Source: Prochlorococcus sp. AG-355-B18
GTDB lineage: Bacteria > Cyanobacteriota > Cyanobacteriia > PCC-6307 > Cyanobiaceae
Assembly (NCBI GenBank): GCA_003280965.1
Contig: QCDI01000001.1
Location: 96,001-160,000 of the forward strand
DNA: 64,000 nt
Direction: 5' to 3'
Positions 6,844 to 15,391 of the stretch are shown one piece after another. Positions within the stretch are counted from its first letter, which is position 1. Each line of letters starts with the position of its first letter. The position numbers and the translations under genes are program-made. The notes below the pieces were generated by a model that saw only the letters and a list, made by a program, of their open reading frames with translations, was not told where the DNA came from and ran no database searches.

Positions 6844-7192
6844 AGCAGAACGAAAAAGACGTAGATGTGTTGCTCTCGAGAGATTAACCTCTGGCATGGG
6901 GGTGTCTGAAGTAACCAGAACGCTAGTCAGGGACTACGGAATTACTCGTAGAAGTGCGAATCTGGATATCAACTGGGCAAGTGCTCAAATGATAAAGAAC
7001 CTCGAGAAGTACGAGAAAAGTGATCTGTTGGCATGGCTTGTGACCCAGACTGAGAGGGTATATATTAAAGCCCTGGAATCTAACCAATTAAGTGCAGCTA
7101 TAGGAAGTTTGAATTTAATGCACAAGATTACGATTGAAGCAGCAGATAAAGGAACAGGCAAATATAGATTTCATGGAAACTATAAACATTAA
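6827..7192 (+). CDS. HTH-containing helical protein, possible terminase small subunit
   Basis: Start reassigned to ATG 6827 (GGAG at 6816); N-terminal HTH-like GMGVSEVTRTLVRDYGITRRSA, helical C-terminus KALESNQLSAAIGSLNLMHKI; function inferred from pattern and context only. Confidence 0.45.
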   Translation: MAIVSRAERKRRRCVALERLTSGMGVSEVTRTLVRDYGITRRSANLDINWASAQMIKNLEKYEKSDLLAWLVTQTERVYIKALESNQLSAAIGSLNLMHKITIEAADKGTGKYRFHGNYKH

Positions 7193-7335
7193 TCTCAGGT
7201 GTCTTGGACACGGTTTTCAAAAAACTGGACACAATTCTGCTTATTTAATCTCAAAGTAAGACGTCAAAACCATTGTAAATTCGTTAATCAGTCTCATTAT
7301 TTATTAGGTGTACTGTCCAACTGACAATACTTTTT

Positions 7336-7506
7336 TGTGGCATTGTGGCTGTGGCACTAGGGGTTTTATATATTTACTACCCTTTTCCTATCCATATCTA
7401 TATATCTATTATTTATATAAAATATATGCCACAAGTGGATAAAACCTACTAAACCCAGTTAGGGAGGTTGATTTAGTCTGTGGCATTATCTGTGGCAGTT
7501 TGTGGC
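7336..7506. repeat. TGTGGC iterons around an AT-rich core; putative replication origin
   Basis: TGTGGC at 7336, 7344, 7350, 7479, 7491, 7501; inverted GCCACA at 7428; AT-rich 7364-7427. Confidence 0.75.
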
Positions 7507-8834
7507 AGTCTTCTATAGATAGAAGTCTTTTCAGTTTTAGTTGTATCATCTAATTCAAACCTAGCTCTCTCTCCTTTTATCCATCCTAATTGTTGAAGTC
7601 TGGTTGCTATTGCTCTTGTATATTTAGCGTCTTTAGTCTTTTGTTGTATCTCGCTATGAATTAATCCTTCATTTAATAATTTAACTACAACTCTTATACA
7701 AATATCATCCCTTTTATAGTTATCCAATGCTTCTTCCATCTCTTCTAGTAATGGGTCATGGGCGGCAAATTGCATGGCCTGATTATTAAGGTCAACTATC
7801 TCTTTCTTGTCATACCACCATCTAACTCCATCTAAATAGTCATTCTTGGCTGAAGCAAATATCTGGTCTCTATGTTCTTGTACCCATTCAGCATTAATCT
7901 TATTGGCACTTATTATTGGAAACCTTCTATTCCCCGTAGGGTCTTTTATAAAGTTTCTTTTATTAGTAGTACCTACGAGAATACACTTTCTATCTTTAAG
8001 AGAGTTGGTCTTTTCATGGGGGTATCTAAAATTATCCTTTTGCTCAGACATAAAGTGCTTAATATTCTCTGAGCTTTGCATACCCATAATGCGATCTATT
8101 TCTCCCCAGTTATGAAACCAAGCAGAGTGCAGGGTAATTAATGTGTCCTTATGATTATTACCACCTATGCTCCCTAGACTTGAGCAATACCATTCTCCTC
8201 CTAATGCTTCCCAGATAGCTTCCTTACCTTCTCCCTGTGAGTCAGTTTGGAGTATTAATGCTGTATCTACCTTGCATGGCTGCTTATAAGTACGAGCTAC
8301 AGCAGCAATCATTTGTCTCTGGAAATGTACTGAATGTTGAGGGTTTTTACTGCCGAAGATATGGAAGGCAATATTATTCCAGGTGTCTTCAGGTAATGGG
8401 TCATTACATCCATTTAGATAGTGTTCTACTGGGTTATATTTATTTCTTTCAGAGAGTAATACAACTACATTCCTCGCATTATTTTCTTTAATATCTAAGC
8501 GATTTTTTTCGGCTAGTTCAAGATAAAAGGTACTTAAGAAGTTACCTGAGATGGGCTTACCATTTAACTCTATCTTTCCAGTAATAGTATTCAGTTTGAA
8601 ATCGTATATATCCCCAATAATTTGAACCAACTTATCTTTTCTTGGTCGGATAAGGCTTTCAACTGCAACTTCTCCTTTTGGCCTTTTCTGTGGTTTGGTT
8701 GTTGGTTTTTCTTCAACAACCTCCGCATCTACCTTCTCAATAAAACTTTCTGTTGCTGTTGGTTCTTTAGAAACAATCTGAGCATCAAACTTTCTTAAAA
8801 AGGGTTCTAAATTTGGGTTATTCAAGTTACTCAT
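7473..8834 (-). CDS. VapE (virulence-associated protein E) family ATPase/helicase
   Basis: YNPVEHYL, KVDTALILQTDSQGEGKE (P-loop variant), VGTTN, DPTGNRRF motifs. Confidence 0.85.
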   Translation of the reverse strand: MSNLNNPNLEPFLRKFDAQIVSKEPTATESFIEKVDAEVVEEKPTTKPQKRPKGEVAVESLIRPRKDKLVQIIGDIYDFKLNTITGKIELNGKPISGNFLSTFYLELAEKNRLDIKENNARNVVVLLSERNKYNPVEHYLNGCNDPLPEDTWNNIAFHIFGSKNPQHSVHFQRQMIAAVARTYKQPCKVDTALILQTDSQGEGKEAIWEALGGEWYCSSLGSIGGNNHKDTLITLHSAWFHNWGEIDRIMGMQSSENIKHFMSEQKDNFRYPHEKTNSLKDRKCILVGTTNKRNFIKDPTGNRRFPIISANKINAEWVQEHRDQIFASAKNDYLDGVRWWYDKKEIVDLNNQAMQFAAHDPLLEEMEEALDNYKRDDICIRVVVKLLNEGLIHSEIQQKTKDAKYTRAIATRLQQLGWIKGERARFELDDTTKTEKTSIYRRLPQTATDNATD

Positions 8835-9850
8835 TTTGATTTAGGTCTCCAACCATGTTGTTGAGCTATACGGATAAAAGTGCCTGCCTTTATATGCCCC
8901 TTCCTTGATCTGACTACTTGTTCTACATTCCATCCACTTACTTCACCACTTGGGCTATGAGCTTCTAATAGTTGTATGGCATCAGATTCTGAATAACCCA
9001 TATCAATTAACAGTTCAGTAAAACCCCAAGCCATATTTCTATATTCCTCATAAGTGTTATTTCCTTGAACCCTTGGAGGAATATGATCTAAAGCAACTAT
9101 TATTTCTTCAATTTTCCAATCACTTTGAACTACTTTTGGTTTATTAGGTTTTATTTCTAAAGGTTCAGGTTTTTCTGGTTCTGGTAAACAATCCTCTATA
9201 TCTTTATAGGAATATTCTTTTTGAGTGACGTTGATTAACCTAACTCGTTCTGTATGTTTGCCTTGTTTATTGACGTAATAAAACCCAGGTAAACGCATAA
9301 CCCTAGAAGGGTTTTTAATCATTGGGTCTGACTTGGTGTAATCAACAAGACGTTTCTGAATAGGCTTCCAGATTAGTTGTGATACAGGCTTTTTAAGTAC
9401 CAAATAACTATGAATACTGTTACCTGTTTCGACTTGGAAGGTAGGTTCTGGAAGATTTAATTCCTTCCATTTATAGACTTGTTCTTTTTTTGGAATATCA
9501 TCCCATTCAAAAAAGAAAGCACGACATAGAGTAATTTCAATGTCTTTTGTACCACCATCATTAACGACAAAGTAAATTCCCCTTCCTTCTAAATGAGCAT
9601 TAATAATTGGATCCCAATTTATGTAAATGCCATGACCATTAGGCTTATACTTTGGAAATTTAAATTCTCTGGCTGATAAGCCACCACCTTTATAGGTAAT
9701 GGCTCTCAACTCTGTATCTTCACAATTTTTATGGAGCAATTCCTCTAAAAAGAAAGAAGCGTAATTAAATGCTCCTCCTTTTAGAGTTCTAGCTAGAATA
9801 GTTTTAGAAGTAACTGAACTAGCCCGCCCCGAAAAGGCGGGTTTTTTCAT
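8831..9850 (-). CDS. RepB-type (AEP superfamily) DNA primase with PriCT-2-like C-terminal domain
   Basis: GIYFVVN, RAFFFEWDD, VETGNSIHSY, NPSRVMRLPG; C-terminal GTFIRIAQQHGW; ATGA overlap with helicase. Confidence 0.85.
   Translation of the reverse strand: MKKPAFSGRASSVTSKTILARTLKGGAFNYASFFLEELLHKNCEDTELRAITYKGGGLSAREFKFPKYKPNGHGIYINWDPIINAHLEGRGIYFVVNDGGTKDIEITLCRAFFFEWDDIPKKEQVYKWKELNLPEPTFQVETGNSIHSYLVLKKPVSQLIWKPIQKRLVDYTKSDPMIKNPSRVMRLPGFYYVNKQGKHTERVRLINVTQKEYSYKDIEDCLPEPEKPEPLEIKPNKPKVVQSDWKIEEIIVALDHIPPRVQGNNTYEEYRNMAWGFTELLIDMGYSESDAIQLLEAHSPSGEVSGWNVEQVVRSRKGHIKAGTFIRIAQQHGWRPKSK
9822..9847 (+). terminator. Intrinsic terminator, antisense to the primase start
   Basis: GCCCGCC-CCGAAAA-GGCGGGT followed by TTTTT. 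Confidence 0.6.
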
Positions 9851-10107
9851 GCAGAAGCAACCTCCTTTTTGTTTTTAAAAGGTGCTGTTTCCATAGACTT
9901 TGCTCTTGCACTTGCAAGCCTATTTAAGACTTCATCGCAATTTTCAAGGTCATATAAGGTGTGACTATTTGGGTTTTGTGGAATTTTTCTTCTCCAACAA
10001 GTGCCCTCAATAAGCAAACCTTTATTTCTCATGGTTAGTAAGGTTCGTTCTGAGATACCTAACCAATCTGAAGCCACTTTTTGAGTGACCATTTTTTTCG
10101 CAGCCAT
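9847..10107 (-). CDS. Excisionase / recombination directionality factor-like HTH protein
   Basis: VTQKVASDWLGISERTLLTMRNKG MerR/Xis-type HTH; GGAGG RBS for next gene; ATGA overlap with primase. Confidence 0.7.
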   Translation of the reverse strand: MAAKKMVTQKVASDWLGISERTLLTMRNKGLLIEGTCWRRKIPQNPNSHTLYDLENCDEVLNRLASARAKSMETAPFKNKKEVASA

Positions 10108-10125
10108 TTTATGTGGTGGCTAAAT

Positions 10126-10341
10126 CTATTTCTCTATATTTCGTAAGTGACGAGGTATTGCAGTTTCATGCTTTTCCTCAATCAAGCCTTTCTCTCTGGC
10201 ATCTAAATAAGCATCTGCTAGTTCTTGGGTTCTTCCTCTATTGAACTTTGCAGTAGTATCAATAGTTGCTGTATATGCCTTTTTTGGAAGGCGTACAACA
10301 TGACCATTAACCTTTAGATATTTATCAGATTTCTTACTCAT
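10126..10341 (-). CDS. Small basic hypothetical protein, first gene of the replication operon
   Basis: 71-aa ORF co-oriented with xis-primase-helicase. Confidence 0.65.
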   Translation of the reverse strand: MSKKSDKYLKVNGHVVRLPKKAYTATIDTTAKFNRGRTQELADAYLDAREKGLIEEKHETAIPRHLRNIEK

Positions 10342-10505
10342 ATTTTAAATAGGGGAGACAATTTCAAACCAATTTCTTGGTTTTAGTTATCCCATGCTCC
10401 CCTTACATTTCTTCAGGGTAGTCCAAGCTAGAGAGGGCTTGGCGACTCTTTCAAAATAGGCGGCGTTTACCTGACCTAAAGTCCAGAATCGAATAATTAC
10501 TATTT

Positions 10506-10543
10506 ACTATAAGGGTAAATTGTGAATGTGCAAGACAATTCAC
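10506..10543 (-). promoter_or_regulatory. Putative sigma70 promoter with palindromic operator
   Basis: Minus strand TTGCAC-16 nt-TATAGT; GTGAAT 10522-10527 / ATTCAC 10538-10543 straddle the -35. Confidence 0.45.
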
Positions 10544-10594
10544 GAAATTAATTTTCCTAGTCCCCAACTGGGATATCGAATATCTACAAGTATC

Positions 10595-10657
10595 AACGCG
10601 AATTAACGCAAAGCTACGCAAATGACATAATTATGACATAAATGCAAATATGTCATA
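10595..10657. promoter_or_regulatory. Putative integrase arm-type / RDF binding repeats, right end
   Basis: ACGC(G/A) at 10-bp spacing (10596, 10606, 10616); ATGACATAA at 10622 and 10633; inverted ATATGTCATA at 10648. Confidence 0.65.
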
Positions 10658-10692
10658 TTCTCTAAATACCCCAGACTCATTGCTACAACTGA

Positions 10693-10766
10693 TCGGGGCG
10701 ACAGGATTCGAACCTGCGACCTAGTGCTCCCAAAGCACCCGCGCTACCAAGCTGCGCCACGCCCCG
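10693..10766 (-). tRNA. tRNA-Pro (TGG)
   Basis: CGGGGCGTGGCGCAGCTTGGTAGCGCGGGTGCTTTGGGAGCACTAGGTCGCAGGTTCGAATCCTGTCGCCCCGA; cloverleaf, anticodon TGG. Confidence 0.97.
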
Positions 10767-11004
10767 CTTATAAGATCTTAGTTCATAAGAGACATCTATA
10801 AAAGACCAAATTCCTAAATTTTTTATAAAAAATCATTTTTGAGGTTAGAAAATGAATTTTTCACTATTTTTTACTAGAGATATTGATGTTTGTAACAAGA
10901 AATAAGATGTATAACTTCGTCTACACCTTTATGGGGAAATTGCTCAAGTCTAAATTGTATTAATTCACTCTTTTTATTTGATAATTTAAACTATATTTGT
11001 TCAA

Positions 11005-11658
11005 TTGTATTTTTTAATGATTAAAAGAATTCTTAAACCGCTTGAGATTTATATCCTCTCTGTAGCTTTCTTCTTCTCCGTCTCTTTCGACAGAAATTTA
11101 AATCTTGAAGATGTTGAAGAATCACCAGTTAAAAAACTTTTGGTAAATATTCATTTAATTTTGGATTCATTTACTAACTATGAACATCCACTTGGAGCTT
11201 TGTTTTTGATTTTCATCCTTGGATTAATTATTTGGGGACTTTTAGGTAAAGAATCAAGGCTGGCAAGTGATATTTATGGAATTATTTTGAGCTTTGCATG
11301 GTTTTTGGAACTTGTATCGATGAATTTGCTTTTAGTGTCTCCCCTAAAAGACCCTGTTTTACTTTTGGTTGAATTAGTTCTATTTGTACCAATAGTATTA
11401 ATTGGCTTTTCATGGTGGTATTGGAGACTAAATCATCAATCAAGAATAGGAAAAGGTAGGGAAGCAATTACTTTTGATAAAAAGCCTACTCCTTTTAGTT
11501 ATTTTGCAAAAACTGCATCTATTGTTGTAAGTGATACTACAGAGCACGGTGTTTGTGAAACAGATGTTGCGCGATTGATTCGAATTCTTAATGGCTTTGT
11601 TGTGTTAGATATTTTTGGATTAGCTCTTTCTAGAGCAGTAGGACTAGTTATTGCCTAA
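11005..11658 (+). CDS. Hypothetical multi-pass membrane protein
   Basis: 217-aa ORF with about five hydrophobic segments; true start may be ATG 11017. Confidence 0.75.
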   Translation: MYFLMIKRILKPLEIYILSVAFFFSVSFDRNLNLEDVEESPVKKLLVNIHLILDSFTNYEHPLGALFLIFILGLIIWGLLGKESRLASDIYGIILSFAWFLELVSMNLLLVSPLKDPVLLLVELVLFVPIVLIGFSWWYWRLNHQSRIGKGREAITFDKKPTPFSYFAKTASIVVSDTTEHGVCETDVARLIRILNGFVVLDIFGLALSRAVGLVIA

Positions 11659-11761
11659 ATAATGATCTTTAGTTTTAATTTTTATCACCCTATGGAAATA
11701 TCTGAGTAATAAACTCTTTAGAAGAATTATTATCAAAAATAATGTTTGAATATTGAAGAGT

Positions 11762-12274
11762 ATGGAAAAATTAGAGAGTTTGATTAAGACATATTATGAT
11801 TTTCCCAAAAAAGGCATAGCTTTCAAAGACATCCTTGGAATAATTCAAGATCCTGAGGTTTTTAGGGAATTAATATTTAAAATGTCATCCAATCATGTAA
11901 TAAAAAACTCTGAAGCGATTATCTCAATAGAGGCAAGAGGTTTTATTTTTGGATCAGCAATATCCCTTCAAGCATGCAAACCTATGATTGTTGCAAGAAA
12001 GCCAGGAAAGCTTCCTGGTGAACTCATTCAAGAAAACTATAATTTGGAGTATGGAAAAAGTTCTTTATCAATACAAAAGGGAGCTCTTGAAAAATTTAAT
12101 TCTTTCGCAATTGTTGATGACCTTTTGGCAACTGGAGGAACTATTAAGTGCGTAGATAATTTAATTAAGAAGAGTGGTAAGGGAGTATACGGCTGTATAA
12201 CAGTTGTTGAACTTTTAGATCTTAAAGGAAGGGATAAATTTAAATTTCCTGTTGAATCGATAATTAAAGTTTAA
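11762..12274 (+). CDS. apt: Adenine phosphoribosyltransferase
   Basis: DFPKKGIAFKDI, EARGFIFG, RKPGKLP, VDDLLATGGT; ATG 11762 preferred over TTG 11753. Confidence 0.95.
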   Translation: MEKLESLIKTYYDFPKKGIAFKDILGIIQDPEVFRELIFKMSSNHVIKNSEAIISIEARGFIFGSAISLQACKPMIVARKPGKLPGELIQENYNLEYGKSSLSIQKGALEKFNSFAIVDDLLATGGTIKCVDNLIKKSGKGVYGCITVVELLDLKGRDKFKFPVESIIKV

Positions 12275-12344
12275 ACTAGAAGATCAAAATTTATAATTAG
12301 AAATAGTATTAGATGGTAAGCAATTGATATGATTTTTTATACTA

Positions 12345-12449
12345 TTAAATTAAACCCATAGACCCAGCTGTGAAACCAACTATCAAAAAAAATGCAAATT
12401 CTGTTAGATCTCTAGGCAGAGAGTTAACAATAAGACTTAATTGAGTCAT
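12345..12449 (-). CDS. 34-aa hydrophobic small protein
   Basis: Not in ORF track; MTQLSLIVNSLPRDLTEFAFFLIVGFTAGSMGLI*, GAGGAG RBS upstream. Confidence 0.7.
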   Translation of the reverse strand: MTQLSLIVNSLPRDLTEFAFFLIVGFTAGSMGLI

Positions 12450-12633
12450 TTTACCTTGTGCTCCTCAGGTTTATTAATTTTTAAAAATATAACTAAGAAA
12501 TTTTTTTATTGAGATGAAATCTTGTATTCTTTTCTTTTTCTAAAGATTTAAATGTTAAATCCAAAAAAATTGTTGAGTCGAAAATTTAATATCGCTATTT
12601 TTTGCTATATTGATTTCAATTAATAATATCTAG

Positions 12634-12804
12634 ATGGAATATAAAAAAAAATCGCTATCAAATTTTGATATAAAAAGAGATTATGAAGAGATAGATACAA
12701 GATTAGCTTCTGGCTGGTACGTAGATGATATTAATACCCCAAAAAAGAAAATTTATAAAACAAAGCAAACGTCATTCAAAATTTCTAAAAAGTTAAACTC
12801 ATAA
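12634..12804 (+). CDS. 56-aa hypothetical protein
   Basis: Not in ORF track; MEYKKKSLSNFDIKRDYEEIDTRLASGWYVDD...KLNS*. Confidence 0.5.
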   Translation: MEYKKKSLSNFDIKRDYEEIDTRLASGWYVDDINTPKKKIYKTKQTSFKISKKLNS

Positions 12805-12869
12805 AATTAACTTTTAAAATTTGAGTTTAATAATTCATCAATACATTTTCAGCGTGTTAATTTTTTTTA

Positions 12870-15038
12870 TTAGTATCTAAAATAAACTTTCCATTTATGA
12901 AGATATTGATTTGAATTTTTAAAATATTTCTCATAATTTTTCCATTTTTCAATTGATGACTTGTAAAGTGGCTGTACAACTTGTGAAGAAGAAGGAGTAT
13001 TTATTTTTCCTCTTTTGTGAGCAGTATTTCTATAATTTTTAATATTTTCGTCCCAACTAATATTTAAGAAATCCAAAATTTTTAAAATATGCTTATCAAA
13101 GTCCACTATCAAATCTTCGTATTTAGATGTAATAAAGTTCATTTTTAAATTTTTCCTGTAGTCCAACCAAATACTCATTGTCATATCATAAATGAACGAA
13201 GCCGACTCTATACTTCGGAAGTTAGACATTGCATTGTTTGGCTCAAATGCTTGTTGAAAGCATGACAAGACAGTATCGTATGGGTTTCTATGCGTAAAAA
13301 TTATTTTTGAATTTGGAAATAATAAATTTATGAGGGGTAAGCAGACAGTTTGAAATGGAAATTTATCTATTAATATTTTTGCTTTTTTATTATCACAATT
13401 ATTCTTTAATATTTTCAAATAGTGATTCCTTAAAATTTCTAAATCCTTTTTATTAAGTTTATGTAGTTCGTCAAGAGAATATTTGAATTTTGATTTGATG
13501 ACTTGCTCTACTGAATTAATTAATGGTTTTTCTTCTACAACATCAATTTCTGGATGACTTCTTAAAATAGTATCCAATAATGTAGTGCCTGATCTTGGAA
13601 ATCCTATTAAAAATACTGGCGAGAATTCATTCTCCTCTGATGAATTGTTTTCTACAACAAAATTTTTATTATCTAAATTTTTTCTGTAAGTATGAATGTA
13701 ATTTTGAAAGACCTTAGGATTGAAATTTTCATATTTTAGATTTAGTTGACTGTTCTCAAAACATTTAAAGGCTTCATCATAATTTCCAACTTTTTCTTCA
13801 ATAAATGCTTTATAAGACCAATAAAGGAGATTTGTTTGATGATCAGTATCATTTATCCATTCATCAGAAACTTGGTCAATTGATTTTTTTGCTTTGAGGT
13901 AATCTTTTTCTCTAAAACATATTCTCGCTAGAAACAATAATTTTTCATTAATAATGCTTTTATTTTCCTTAAAAGTTTCTAACTTATTCTTTAATTTTTC
14001 TATATTGTTCGTTTTCTCATAAAGTCTAAAAAGATTTCTGTATGCATAACCGCAGTTTTCATTAATTTGAATTGCGGTAAGAAATAATTCTTCTGCCTCC
14101 AATAACTTATCGAGATCAATTTTAATTGATCCCAAATTAACATAGGCTAACTCAAATTTAGGATTGCAATTTATAGCTTTTTCAATAAATTTTTCTGCCT
14201 CAATAAGATTGCCCTGTTTTGAAAGAAGAGAACCTAGATTGTCATAAGCTTGAAAAAAATCTGATTTTAGTTCAATAGCTTTTCGATAATAGAGTTCAGC
14301 TTCCTTATTTTTATTTTTCTTAGATAAGATAATTCCTAAATTATTTAGCACCATTGGTGAATTTGGATTTATTTTCAGTGCTTTTTTTAGAAATTTTTCT
14401 CCTTCATCAATTTTTCCCAATTCATTTAAAACTGCACCTAAATTGACTAGAGCAGAAATATGTTTGGGATTAATTTCAAGAGCATCTCTTAAGAATCTCT
14501 CGGCTTGCTTAGGATTCCCTAAATCTTTTAATACACAGGCTAAATTGACTAAAGTATTAGTATCTTTTGGACTGATTTCAAGACTCTTCCTCAAAAAGAA
14601 TTCTGCTTTCTCGAAATTGCCTTCTCCTACGAATATTCCAGCTATGTTTGTATGAGGCTTCAAATACTTAGGATTTAACTCAATAACTTTATTCAAAATC
14701 TTTTTAGCAACATCACTTTTCCCCTTAATAACCATTACGTTGGCTAGGTTGATATATGCCTCTAGGCTGTTTGGGAATTTTTTAATTGATTCATCAAATA
14801 ATAATATTGCTTTATCAAACTGCTTTAAATTTGAATAAATACTACCAAGATTATTAAATACCCTAGGATCATAAATTTTATTTTTAATTAAAAAATTATA
14901 TATATCTGCTGCTTGTTTAATTTTTCCACTTGAATGTAATGAAAAAGCATTGGATATTACTTTATCTCTTTGAAAAGTCCTGATTAATTTTTCTTCTGAC
15001 TTTTTAGTCTTTCTTTCATTACTCCCAAATCCACTCAT
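12870..15038 (-). CDS. TPR-repeat sulfotransferase family protein
   Basis: Many TPR units (NNLG/NLA..., P turns); PAPS-binding FLIGFPRSGTTLL; DKFP, HRNPYDTVLS, TPSSSQV. Confidence 0.9.
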   Translation of the reverse strand: MSGFGSNERKTKKSEEKLIRTFQRDKVISNAFSLHSSGKIKQAADIYNFLIKNKIYDPRVFNNLGSIYSNLKQFDKAILLFDESIKKFPNSLEAYINLANVMVIKGKSDVAKKILNKVIELNPKYLKPHTNIAGIFVGEGNFEKAEFFLRKSLEISPKDTNTLVNLACVLKDLGNPKQAERFLRDALEINPKHISALVNLGAVLNELGKIDEGEKFLKKALKINPNSPMVLNNLGIILSKKNKNKEAELYYRKAIELKSDFFQAYDNLGSLLSKQGNLIEAEKFIEKAINCNPKFELAYVNLGSIKIDLDKLLEAEELFLTAIQINENCGYAYRNLFRLYEKTNNIEKLKNKLETFKENKSIINEKLLFLARICFREKDYLKAKKSIDQVSDEWINDTDHQTNLLYWSYKAFIEEKVGNYDEAFKCFENSQLNLKYENFNPKVFQNYIHTYRKNLDNKNFVVENNSSEENEFSPVFLIGFPRSGTTLLDTILRSHPEIDVVEEKPLINSVEQVIKSKFKYSLDELHKLNKKDLEILRNHYLKILKNNCDNKKAKILIDKFPFQTVCLPLINLLFPNSKIIFTHRNPYDTVLSCFQQAFEPNNAMSNFRSIESASFIYDMTMSIWLDYRKNLKMNFITSKYEDLIVDFDKHILKILDFLNISWDENIKNYRNTAHKRGKINTPSSSQVVQPLYKSSIEKWKNYEKYFKNSNQYLHKWKVYFRY

Positions 15039-15314
15039 TTATTTAGAATTTGATAATTTACAGCTTGCTTTAGAAATTAATTTATATTGGAATTAACAAA
15101 AATGTTACCTAGCAATCAATATTTCTTGTGAATTTCAACAATTTAATCAAAAAGTTTTTAGAAAAGGACACTAATATTACCGTCACATCTAGGTATGAAT
15201 TTCTGATTTTTTTTAATCTTTCTCCTCAAATGCCTTTTATACCAATAGATCTTATCTCCTTTACTTTGTTCTTCCTTAAAAAAGGATAGAAGAATTAAGA
15301 ACTTTAAACAAAAA

Positions 15315-15328
15315 GTAGCGGTTGATAC
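15315..15328 (+). promoter_or_regulatory. NtcA-type site GTA-N8-TAC upstream of porin 1
   Basis: GTAGCGGTTGATAC, 24 nt before candidate -10 TATCTT at 15353. Confidence 0.5.
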
Positions 15329-15377
15329 TTGAAAATAGTTTAATTTTTACGTTATCTTAAGGTGTCCTTTAAATTTC

Positions 15378-15386
15378 GTGTGAGGA
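15378..15386 (+). promoter_or_regulatory. RBS / Yfr1 sRNA-complementary site
   Basis: GTGTGAGGA 5 nt before ATG; complementary to the Yfr1 ACUCCUCACAC motif. Confidence 0.65.
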
Positions 15387-15391
15387 AATTT

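Larger units (their letters stand above)
3108..10738. mobile_element. Integrative phage-satellite/tycheposon-like element in tRNA-Pro(TGG); 7585-bp repeat-to-repeat unit
   Basis: Flanking 46-bp direct repeats, tyrosine integrase, excisionase, primase, VapE helicase, iterons; no recognisable capsid or tail genes. Confidence 0.92.

Noticed and set aside
1883..8491. Opposite-strand ORFs 1883-2107, 2468-2713, 3800-4018, 6376-6561, 7846-8115, 7872-8072, 8237-8491
   Set aside because: Antisense shadows of well-supported genes with no motifs
3108..10738. Full prophage
   Set aside because: Only 7.6 kb with no recognisable large terminase, portal, capsid, tail or lysis genes
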